IMG/VR virus record: IMGVR_UViG_3300010234_000140
Location: 1-51,015 of that record
Reading direction: 5' to 3' (one strand)
Length of the DNA stretch: 51,015 nt
From: a virus
Taxonomy: Duplodnaviria; Caudoviricetes
Shown: positions 8,661-15,776 of the stretch, in pieces
Numbering within the stretch: position 1 is the first letter of the stretch
How the letters are laid out: the number at the start of each line of letters is the position of its first letter
Translations under genes and position numbers: made by a program
Notes under the pieces: generated by a model
What the model was told of the DNA's origin: nothing
The model's input: only the letters and a program-made list of their open reading frames with translations
Database searches by the model: none

Positions 8661-10132
8661 GTAGTAGCGCAGCGACCCCCTGAATGATAAGACTCAAACG
8701 CTTCCTCATGCTCCCACTCATCCTCCTCTTGTGGGGTTGGGGGGGCGTAGTACTTATCAACAGTCAAGCCGATATAAGCGAAAGCATCAAAGATATCGTC
8801 GTGAGCCCCTCGGGGGCCGGAATCCGATATTGTCAACAACTGCCCTTCAGTCTCGGGATACCAACTTGCTTCCTTATCGAAGTGAACGGCTCTGGCCTTA
8901 ACCATCCCCTGAATGGACTTACCCCGCATCGTCTTACTCTGCGTAGGGGTTTCCTTAACAATATTGAGGTATACCCCGGTTTCTATCATCCTCTTATCAA
9001 GGAAGGGGCCTATAGCCTTGTCGATCTTCGCAGTCTCAAAGGTGAAGACAACGGGGTTCCAGGCTCTCTGAGTAGCGATAAGCTCCTCAATGATGGCCTC
9101 TGAGTCCCACCTCCCCATCCTCACGTCCCTAACGTAGAGTTTCCCCTCAGGACACATCCCCGCTACCATGATTACCGTGTAGTCGGCTTTTTCCTTTTCC
9201 GATATAGCGAAGTCAGCAGCAGCATAATAAACCAGAGGAGGAAGAATAGGATTTTCACCATCCCTCTCAAAGTCGAGGAAATTATCCTTCGAGAAGTACG
9301 TGTTCCCTTCCGCAATAGGTTTGTTAAGGTATTCTTGTGCGAATCCATCAAGGTCATTCTGCGCCCTGTATTTTAGGTATATGTCGCGGATTCTTTCTTG
9401 CGGGAAGGCTTCAGGCCATAGAAGGTCGTCAAACTTTATGCCATCTTCTGCTTCTTTGTCTAAATTAACCTCACACGCCTCATATAAATGGGTGTGCCAG
9501 GTAGGGTCATCCATCAATCTCTGAAGCATGGAGTCCAGATGAAGGATGGTGCCTACGATTCTAACCCTGCATTTCTTCGCCCCACAGGGTAACAGGGCCT
9601 TCATGAACCAACCCCGGAACTTCTCCCTCCGGTCAGGGTTCATTACAATCTCATCGTTCTCTAAATCGTCCCCAACGATCAAATCAGGGCGCTTACCCCG
9701 CCATTTAAGACCCCGAACCTTCTGTTCAGACCCCCTAACGGTGATTCGGAAGAACTTACCATCCTCAAACATGCAAATAAGGTTGGTTTCCGTCGATTTA
9801 ACGATGGTTTTGACCTTCCAGAACTTCCTAAGCTCTTCATTTTCCTCTAAAATCGCCCTGATATCCCCCAAGAACTCAATAGCCTGCCCCTCAATATCGG
9901 ATACCAAGAGAGCAAATGCGCTATTTTGGGATAAAACCTCTGCTAAAAGGTATGCACAGGTGATTGCGGTGGATTTAGCATGACCCCTGGGAGCGGCGTC
10001 AGCCACATACTTGTGGTCTGAGCAAGCATGTTCCCATAACTCCGTGTGAAGGGGCGGGGAGTCTACAGGGTCGTCATACCCGTCCTTCAGGAACATCTCA
10101 GTGAGTCCCTGAACGAGGTCTGCGTTAATCAC
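8651..10132 (-). CDS. terL: Terminase large subunit
   Basis: Walker A APRGHAKST, RGLKWRGKRPDLIVGDDLE, VGT motif, QEYLN, nuclease ADFA...ADYT...HDDIFDA. Confidence 0.95.
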   Translation of the reverse strand: MINADLVQGLTEMFLKDGYDDPVDSPPLHTELWEHACSDHKYVADAAPRGHAKSTAITCAYLLAEVLSQNSAFALLVSDIEGQAIEFLGDIRAILEENEELRKFWKVKTIVKSTETNLICMFEDGKFFRITVRGSEQKVRGLKWRGKRPDLIVGDDLENDEIVMNPDRREKFRGWFMKALLPCGAKKCRVRIVGTILHLDSMLQRLMDDPTWHTHLYEACEVNLDKEAEDGIKFDDLLWPEAFPQERIRDIYLKYRAQNDLDGFAQEYLNKPIAEGNTYFSKDNFLDFERDGENPILPPLVYYAAADFAISEKEKADYTVIMVAGMCPEGKLYVRDVRMGRWDSEAIIEELIATQRAWNPVVFTFETAKIDKAIGPFLDKRMIETGVYLNIVKETPTQSKTMRGKSIQGMVKARAVHFDKEASWYPETEGQLLTISDSGPRGAHDDIFDAFAYIGLTVDKYYAPPTPQEEDEWEHEEAFESYHSGGRCATTGY

Positions 10133-10138
10133 AGGTCG

Positions 10139-10378
10139 TCAGTCGTCTAATTTGTGTTTTTGAAGGCCCGCTTGGCGGCAAGCCTTATGAAAGTCCAGTT
10201 CTCGCTCAAGAGCGGAGATATGCTCATCTGAGCCGCGCAAAGTCCACGGGGCAAACAAAAAATGGTTAACTTCAGGGCCCTTTTGGGCCTTCACAAGAGC
10301 GAAAAAGGCATCTGTCCCATAAACCATATCGTGGCGACTCAGGAGGTCCTCGGGGATTTCTTCTATGATTTCAGCCAT
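10139..10378 (-). CDS. Hypothetical protein
   Basis: 79 aa, co-oriented upstream of terL. Confidence 0.6.
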   Translation of the reverse strand: MAEIIEEIPEDLLSRHDMVYGTDAFFALVKAQKGPEVNHFLFAPWTLRGSDEHISALERELDFHKACRQAGLQKHKLDD

Positions 10379-10386
10379 CTATCTTC

Positions 10387-10701
10387 CTAAAGGTCGTCAG
10401 TCGTTACCGCAGGGATGTCAGTTCCAATAAAACGGTCCCCTTGCTCCGGTCTTGGAGACCCCTCTTGATTCTCAGAGACGCCTCTAACGAAGTCCTGGGG
10501 GTGTCTTGGCTCAAACGACTCCTTACGAACCATTCTACCGTTCCATTCCTCCATCAATCCCTCAGATATGGGGATTTTAAAGCCAGTACGGTCGCAAATC
10601 AGTTCTTGATCGGAATATCCCTCAACAGCATCACTATTCGTAGGCGCTTCAGCAGCAGTTACGGTGTTTGAAGGGACTGTTGTGTTGTCATTTCCAGACA
10701 T
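10387..10701 (-). CDS. Conserved phage hypothetical protein
   Basis: ICDRTGFK...EWNG..V....EPRHPQ motif recalled from podovirus hypothetical proteins. Confidence 0.7.
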   Translation of the reverse strand: MSGNDNTTVPSNTVTAAEAPTNSDAVEGYSDQELICDRTGFKIPISEGLMEEWNGRMVRKESFEPRHPQDFVRGVSENQEGSPRPEQGDRFIGTDIPAVTTDDL

Positions 10702-10875
10702 TTACTCTTCCCACTCCAACATGCTCTTATAAACGTGAAACTTAACCAACTCAATAGCCCCTAGAACCTGCTCCCAATTAACATCCTCATGCTCATCCAT
10801 AATGTGATTCCACATGGATTCAGCTACAGAAGCCATATCCACCTGTTTAGATGGGTCTAAGGGGATTATATGCAT
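10702..10875 (-). CDS. Hypothetical protein, 57 aa (not in track)
   Basis: MHIIPLDPSKQ...VLGAIELVKFHVYKSMLEWEE; stop abuts next ATG. Confidence 0.55.
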   Translation of the reverse strand: MHIIPLDPSKQVDMASVAESMWNHIMDEHEDVNWEQVLGAIELVKFHVYKSMLEWEE

Positions 10876-10944
10876 CTAGGAGCGCCTGTGAGCCCCGCAG
10901 GGGCGTTTAAATGGAAAAGTAGTAGCACCCCTAAGGGTAAGGGG

Positions 10945-11133
10945 TTAAACCTCTTCTAGAGGCCTAGACGGGGCATCAGGCTCTACAAGCCTGCAAGCAG
11001 AAACCATCAAACCAGACCTAATCCATGATCGAAGCATAGCCTCATCATATCCATCAGGTAAAAAGACCTTTACCTCAAATCCAGTCCTGGAAGACTCCGC
11101 ATACCAAACGTTGAATTTAAGCTCACTCACCAC
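10945..11133 (-). CDS. Hypothetical protein
   Basis: 62 aa, probably first gene of the terL operon. Confidence 0.45.
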   Translation of the reverse strand: MVSELKFNVWYAESSRTGFEVKVFLPDGYDEAMLRSWIRSGLMVSACRLVEPDAPSRPLEEV

Positions 11134-11376
11134 TTTCTAAAAAAATATTTTTTGAAGGCCCCTACGAGCATCCTTATACCGTTGAACACGAGAACACCAG
11201 GGACACGTCTTATTCCTACATGAAGGACTCACAGCCTTAGAGCCTGTATACGCCTTTCTCTCTGTACGCGCCATAAACAGGGCCTTTTAAAATCGTAGCA
11301 GTGTTGGAAAGTGGGTCATCACCATATTCACACCAACCAATTTTGCCCCTCGCCCCCTCCCATATGGGACCCATAC

Positions 11377-11430
11377 CTGTATATCCATACAGTACTGTAT
11401 ATATGTACAGTATCCTGGATATTTGTACAG
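11377..11430. promoter_or_regulatory. Three tandem LexA (SOS) boxes
   Basis: CTGTATATCCATACAG 11377-11392, CTGTATATATGTACAG 11395-11410, CTGGATATTTGTACAG 11415-11430; match CTG-N10-CAG consensus of gamma/beta-proteobacterial LexA. Confidence 0.8.
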
Positions 11431-11718
11431 TCTGGTCCAGGTGACCACTAGTTGGTGAGACTGACCATGTTGGTGAGGGAAGGGAAGCAGTAGTTGATAC
11501 CCATTACCCATTATCCTCACGTCTTATTACTACCCATTATCCTTATCTGTGGTCTGTAATTATGCTCTCAGACTGCCTGGTAGCTCTTGTGAGCGCATTG
11601 CAGGCATACCCTATACATACCTACTAGTGGGTAGTTGAATACCCTCTGTGGGTACTAGCAGGTGTTATAAAGAGTTATTAGACAACACGATGGTCTGATA
11701 GTTCCCCGATTTCTTACA

Positions 11719-11748
11719 GGCATAAAAAAGGGCCGGTTAAGGCCCTTG
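11719..11748 (-). terminator. Cassette terminator 1
   Basis: GGGCC-TTAACC-GGCCC-TTTTTT; 30 bp identical to 12353-12382. Confidence 0.85.
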
Positions 11749-11777
11749 GTTGGTGTTGGTCTACCAGCGTCGAACGC

Positions 11778-11969
11778 TCATGACTTGATACGCCTTGCCG
11801 CTGCGCGCTGTGCCGCTTGCCTGCGTTGTCGAGCCGCTTTGTGGTGGTAGGCATTGGGGCGCTCGTCGTACGTTATCCAATCGTACGCCTGCTGTGCCTG
11901 GGTGCTGTTTCGAGCGCCCACAATATCGCAAACCTCATACCATGCGATTGTATAGTCTTGATAAGTCAT
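11778..11969 (-). CDS. Small early protein (cassette 1)
   Basis: MTYQDY... after GGGAG RBS, with own promoter and terminator. Confidence 0.65.
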   Translation of the reverse strand: MTYQDYTIAWYEVCDIVGARNSTQAQQAYDWITYDERPNAYHHKAARQRRQAAQRAAARRIKS

Positions 11970-11995
11970 AATGTGCTCCCGTTGAATGAAGCCCA

Positions 11996-12024
11996 ATAAT
12001 GCGCCTATCATGGGTGAATGTCTA
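11996..12024 (-). promoter_or_regulatory. Cassette promoter TAGACA-N17-CATTAT
   Basis: Similar elements recur near 12314-12342 and 12657-12684. Confidence 0.6.
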
Positions 12025-12034
12025 ATAACTTATT

Positions 12035-12064
12035 GGCATAAAAAAGGCCTCGATTAAGAGGCCT
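12035..12064 (-). terminator. Cassette terminator 2
   Basis: AGGCCTC-TTAATC-GAGGCCT-TTTTT. Confidence 0.85.
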
Positions 12065-12082
12065 GGTTGGTTGGTGTGTGGC

Positions 12083-12292
12083 CTATGCGGTGGTGTAATC
12101 GCCCCCTTCTAGTAGCAGCCCTGGGCCTTGCTCGGGAGATACAAATACTGCGGCGCGTTTCTTCCAATCCGGCTGATTGGTTGCATACTCTGCAATGTAT
12201 ACCTTATTAGGGTCCAATCTGTATTGTGGCCCGATCATGCCCGCGTGATGGTAAGCGGCTTTAGGTCTAATCTTGAACATGCTGCATCTCAT
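12083..12292 (-). CDS. Small early protein (cassette 2)
   Basis: 69 aa, GGAG RBS, flanked by repeated promoter and terminator. Confidence 0.7.
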   Translation of the reverse strand: MRCSMFKIRPKAAYHHAGMIGPQYRLDPNKVYIAEYATNQPDWKKRAAVFVSPEQGPGLLLEGGDYTTA

Positions 12293-12352
12293 AATCTCCG
12301 TGTGTGTGGGATTATAATGTCATGGCCCTTATGTGTTGTCTAATAACTTATT

Positions 12353-12382
12353 GGCATAAAAAAGGGCCGGTTAAGGCCCTTG
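12353..12382 (-). terminator. Cassette terminator 3
   Basis: Identical to 11719-11748. Confidence 0.85.
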
Positions 12383-12394
12383 ATTGGTTGGTGT

Positions 12395-12628
12395 TTAGGC
12401 GTTAGCAGCCTTTACTGCCGATTCTAGTGCGGCCGCCATTAGGTCGTCTGCCGCGTCCCTGTTGGGAGCCATCGATAGTGTGGCATGCATTACAGTTGAT
12501 AGTACCGCATACAATCCCTCAAACTCTGGTATCCCTTCGTCACTGATACGCTGTAATGCGTCAAACGTGATATCTGTCGCGGCGTCTATATGTACTATTG
12601 AATCGGAAACCTGTTGTGCTGATACCAT
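12395..12628 (-). CDS. Small early protein (cassette 3)
   Basis: 77 aa, GAGG RBS. Confidence 0.7.
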   Translation of the reverse strand: MVSAQQVSDSIVHIDAATDITFDALQRISDEGIPEFEGLYAVLSTVMHATLSMAPNRDAADDLMAAALESAVKAANA

Positions 12629-12696
12629 CTGTCTAAACCTCTTTGAGTGTGCCCTTATTATGCCTATTCAGAGTCTAATGTCTAATACCTATATAG

Positions 12697-12758
12697 AATA
12701 ATAGATTGTGTACTTATGATTATCTATTATTTGATATCTTATTAGGTGTTGGTATTAT
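12697..12758 (+). promoter_or_regulatory. Divergent promoter region with inverted repeat
   Basis: AATAATAGAT-N15-ATCTATTATT (12697-12731); TTGATA-N16-TATTAT (12731-12758). Confidence 0.55.
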
Positions 12759-12783
12759 GCGCTTACTGACTAGGAGATACCAA

Positions 12784-13035
12784 ATGAAAACGTTTGAAGA
12801 GTGGGTTGACGAAGTAGATTATATTAACGGCATAGACCATCAGAACCCTGGCGAGAGCTTCAATCATGATAGTGAGTGCTTTGCGCGCTACTGCGATATG
12901 CAAGCAAAATCAGCCGCTCGTGACGGGTATGGCATTACCGCCTACATCATCGCCCAGGCGCGTGACAGAGCATTCCCGGGCTATAAAGGCGTGTACCCTG
13001 ATTGCCATCGCAATATACAGCGTAACAGGGTTTAG
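12784..13035 (+). CDS. Hypothetical early protein
   Basis: MKTFEEWVDE after AGGAG; leader TTACTGAyTAGGAGAwACmAAATG recurs at ~13709. Confidence 0.7.
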   Translation: MKTFEEWVDEVDYINGIDHQNPGESFNHDSECFARYCDMQAKSAARDGYGITAYIIAQARDRAFPGYKGVYPDCHRNIQRNRV

Positions 13036-13038
13036 GGC

Positions 13039-13566
13039 TTACTGCTCGCCCACAACGTTTACCTGTTTCTCGCGGATAGACTTACCGAAAGCTTCCAGGG
13101 CCTTTAGTTTATCCGCCATATCATCCGATTGCGTGATCGAGGTCGGTTTTCCGCGCATACGTGTCATTTTGTCATTCGCTATCCCAGATATTATAGACAA
13201 TTCTTTTGCGCTTATCGGTGTGCGTACCTCTCCAAATTTAGGCAATCCGGTTTCGTCTAGTACGTCGCGGCCACTGTCATCCTGCAACTTGACGAGTTTC
13301 ACGTCACCGTGTTGGATGCGATCAAGTACCGCATCCATTGCTAACTTAGCAACGGCCATATTTCGGTTCAAGATTAAATCCTCAACCTGGTCCCTTGCCT
13401 GCTCGATGAACTCATCCCACCACTCGGCGTCCTTACTCCATCCCTGTACCTGTCTCTTATACACATCTGACGCTGCCGACGAGCGCCTAAGCGAACCATA
13501 ATAGAGGTAGAGCACACAAGCTCGTCGCTTATCCTCATCAGTATAGTGTGTTACCTGTCTTCCCAT
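13039..13566 (-). CDS. Putative terminase small subunit (N-terminal HTH); contains adapter artefact
   Basis: YTDEDKRRA..Y..YGSL...QGW...WW HTH-like start; P.SAKEL..I.GI..DK...GKPTSI C-terminus. Confidence 0.6.
   Translation of the reverse strand: MGRQVTHYTDEDKRRACVLYLYYGSLRRSSAASDVYKRQVQGWSKDAEWWDEFIEQARDQVEDLILNRNMAVAKLAMDAVLDRIQHGDVKLVKLQDDSGRDVLDETGLPKFGEVRTPISAKELSIISGIANDKMTRMRGKPTSITQSDDMADKLKALEAFGKSIREKQVNVVGEQ
13450..13482 (+). other. Illumina Nextera adapter sequence (artefact)
   Basis: Exact CTGTCTCTTATACACATCTGACGCTGCCGACGA (Tn5 mosaic end plus adapter). Confidence 0.97.
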
Positions 13567-13729
13567 AGGACATTGAAGCGGCAGTAATATACCGCTATAC
13601 CTCTATTTATCTATCTATTAGCCGGACATATAACCGGACATTATATTAAATCGGTTCTTTATGAAATCTTATTACTTCTAGTTTATCGTGATGTGTGGAT
13701 AATAGGTTTTACTGATTAGGAGAAACAAA

Positions 13730-13897
13730 ATGGAATCTGATTACGAAACAAGCCCGAGAGACTTCGCACTAGAGTTAGTCGAAAACGGATACAGCGCTGG
13801 GCACCTGTTGTTGTGCTGCCTTAAGGCAATGTCACACGACGATGTAAAATGGATGCTTGACGCTAATGAACTGTCACCGAGGTTTGACGATGAATAG
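13730..13897 (+). CDS. Hypothetical early protein, 55 aa (not in track)
   Basis: AGGAG RBS; MESDYETSPRDFALELVE...LLCCLKAMSHDDVKWMLDANEL. Confidence 0.75.
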   Translation: MESDYETSPRDFALELVENGYSAGHLLLCCLKAMSHDDVKWMLDANELSPRFDDE

Positions 13898-14075
13898 CAG
13901 CACACATAAGCAAGGTGAAGGGCTGCTAGAGGTCACTGTAACGTTCCGCTTCCCATCTACGCTTGCAGCCACCTTCGCGTGGCTGCGCCGGACAGTAATA
14001 TATGCAATTAAGCGATTTCTACCCAACGCGGAAGGTATTAATGTAAATATTGAGAGAGAGCCGCGTCATGAGTAG
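13890..14075 (+). CDS. Hypothetical protein
   Basis: Overlapping-start coupling within early cluster. Confidence 0.5.
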   Translation: MNSSTHKQGEGLLEVTVTFRFPSTLAATFAWLRRTVIYAIKRFLPNAEGINVNIEREPRHE

Positions 14076-14241
14076 TTACACTACCATTGTGGTCGTGCGC
14101 GTTTCTGACTCTGGCAATGTGTCCATTTGGAAGTCACCGCCGAGCAATAGGGCCACAGAAGTGATGCGCGAGCCTCGGCCCACTTTCCATCAAAAACTAG
14201 GCGAGGCGCTGCTAAAAGTAGTGGCTAAACCAAATGAATAA
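14068..14241 (+). CDS. Hypothetical protein
   Basis: Coupled to neighbours. Confidence 0.5.
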   Translation: MSSYTTIVVVRVSDSGNVSIWKSPPSNRATEVMREPRPTFHQKLGEALLKVVAKPNE

Positions 14242-14404
14242 AGACAACGCCATATACACCATGCTCAAACGCTATACAGCTAATCAAGTGGCGGATATGT
14301 TTGGGATTACTGTAGCCCAGGTAATTGAGGCGTCAAACCGTTATGAAAGAACACGCGCTTTAGAACAAATCAATCTTGGACGGGGTTTTAAGTTCCCGTC
14401 ATAG
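14234..14404 (+). CDS. Small HTH-like protein, 56 aa (not in track)
   Basis: YTANQVADMFGITVAQV helix-turn-helix pattern. Confidence 0.55.
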   Translation: MNKDNAIYTMLKRYTANQVADMFGITVAQVIEASNRYERTRALEQINLGRGFKFPS

Positions 14405-14432
14405 TATGTACACACAAACGGAGATCGAGACA

Positions 14433-14597
14433 ATGGAAAAAGAGGCAGTAGAGTTTATCAAACAGCGTTTGACTGACGCTTTCGAGGCGCTTGGCACTCG
14501 CCACGTTAAAGACCAGCTATACCCTGTATACGCGGCCATATGGGATGTTGAAGCCGTGTTTTGCGACACCTTTGGAGATGCCGAAAATGACGACTAA
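14433..14597 (+). CDS. Hypothetical protein
   Basis: GGAG RBS; leader CACACAAACGGAGAT resembles cassette-2 leader. Confidence 0.6.
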   Translation: MEKEAVEFIKQRLTDAFEALGTRHVKDQLYPVYAAIWDVEAVFCDTFGDAENDD

Positions 14598-15021
14598 ACT
14601 ACAGCAATTCGCAGATTCATTCGAAACCAGCACCCGCGACAATGGGGCAGTGTATGTCTGCCTTAAAGATGACGCCCCCGAATGGGCGCAGGGCGTTGTA
14701 CAAGAGGCTCACGCGCACATGATGCCCGACGACTATCGGTATAAGATGATTTCGGAGGTCGCTGACTGTCTCACCGGCTATGATGATGTTGACTGTGACA
14801 CCATTCACGAGGTTTCGGATGGTCTAGTTGACGTGTATACCTCCAGTTTGCACGATTGGTTGGCTTCTCACAATTCTCGCGCGTCCTATATCGACGACGC
14901 TCGTGATGAGGGCTTGATACCTGAAGGCGCTGACTTAGACCAGCAACTCATGATCGGGCAGTTTGAAGAATATGAAGAAATTGCATATTCTATAGCCGAA
15001 TCGCTGGAGTTGCTCGCATGA
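14587..15021 (+). CDS. Ocr-like (T7 gp0.3-like) DNA-mimic antirestriction protein
   Basis: Strongly acidic; DTIHEVSDGLVDVY and DEGLIPEGADLDQQL align by eye to T7 Ocr DAIHMAADNAVPHY and DSGLMPDTKDVIRIL. Confidence 0.7.
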   Translation: MTTKLQQFADSFETSTRDNGAVYVCLKDDAPEWAQGVVQEAHAHMMPDDYRYKMISEVADCLTGYDDVDCDTIHEVSDGLVDVYTSSLHDWLASHNSRASYIDDARDEGLIPEGADLDQQLMIGQFEEYEEIAYSIAESLELLA

Positions 15022-15104
15022 TCACACGCAAACACGAACAGGACGCTATATTCTTTCTTGTAGCGTTTATCCCCGCCCTTATAGCTGTGTTGGTGTCAAT
15101 ATGA
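15018..15104 (+). CDS. 28-aa single-TM peptide (not in track)
   Basis: MITRKHEQDAIFFLVAFIPALIAVLVSI; ATGA overlaps at both ends. Confidence 0.55.
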   Translation: MITRKHEQDAIFFLVAFIPALIAVLVSI

Positions 15105-15271
15105 AATATAAAGACTGCCAGTTTTTCAGGGACGAGCCCTACTATAATTGTGGGGCTGTGCCTGAACACACGCCAGAATTAGAGAATGTGCCTGAACCTG
15201 GTGCATTCCCCTTAGCATTGTTACTTATAGGGCTTTATGCCCTTAGGAGGTTTCGTGCTCGATCAAAATAG
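15101..15271 (+). CDS. 56-aa PEP-CTERM motif mini-protein (not in track)
   Basis: MKYKDCQFFRDEPYYNCGAVPEHTPELENVPEPGAFPLALLLIGLYALRRFRARSK. Confidence 0.7.
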   Translation: MKYKDCQFFRDEPYYNCGAVPEHTPELENVPEPGAFPLALLLIGLYALRRFRARSK

Positions 15272-15446
15272 ACTATTAGCCAAACACAGTGCCAGAAAGG
15301 TCAGAACCATCATTCGAGACTTTCCCGAAAGTGAAATTGCTTATCTAATCTACGAAAAGCACCCCGGAGGGTATACACCTAGAGAATGGCGCGCAGTTAT
15401 GCGTCACCTTCGGGAGTGTACTCAGACCGTGGGGGAATACTTATAG
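15255..15446 (+). CDS. Hypothetical protein
   Basis: GTG start after AGGAGG. Confidence 0.55.
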   Translation: MLDQNRLLAKHSARKVRTIIRDFPESEIAYLIYEKHPGGYTPREWRAVMRHLRECTQTVGEYL

Positions 15447-15776
15447 GTCTTTCTCAATCTCGCAGTTCAGCGTTGGAGAAGTTGCGCCAGATAAGTTTAG
15501 CCTAACCGTGGCTGCACCCTTAATCTCAATGTTAATGGTGTAGCCATCACTTGTATCAGTCCACGTCGTAGCAGAACTGTTAGCATAAGAGCCGTTAGCA
15601 AATTGCTGCAGCGCAACAGTCCCCGCAGGCGTACCCCAATCACCAGAACAATTAAACCATCCCTCACCATTAGGCAGGGTGATGGCGCAATCAGAGGTGT
15701 TACTAGTAAATGAGCACGTCTGAGCGAATGCTGGGCCGGACAGAGCCAACCCAATAATAAGTAATAGTTTTTTCAT
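15441..15776 (-). CDS. Secreted small beta-rich protein (4 Cys)
   Basis: MKKLLLIIGLALSGPAFA signal peptide; SGDWG..GTVALQ beta pattern. Confidence 0.75.
   Translation of the reverse strand: MKKLLLIIGLALSGPAFAQTCSFTSNTSDCAITLPNGEGWFNCSGDWGTPAGTVALQQFANGSYANSSATTWTDTSDGYTINIEIKGAATVRLNLSGATSPTLNCEIEKDL

Noticed and set aside
11287-11520. 77-aa ORF across the LexA boxes
   Set aside because: No RBS; composition reflects the DNA repeats; region is better explained as regulatory
11719-12400. CRISPR array or integron attC sites
   Set aside because: Repeats are ~300 bp apart, are terminator/promoter sequences, and no cas or integron integrase gene is present
13450-13468. Natural Tn5/IS50 end
   Set aside because: It is the synthetic mosaic end joined to Illumina adapter sequence; no transposase or second end
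12866-13501. Long antisense ORFs (this one, 48181..48792, 50002..50508, 9546..9983, 29510..29992 and similar)
   Set aside because: Shadows of well-supported opposite-strand genes with no motifs or RBS; this one also contains the adapter translation CLLYTSDAADE
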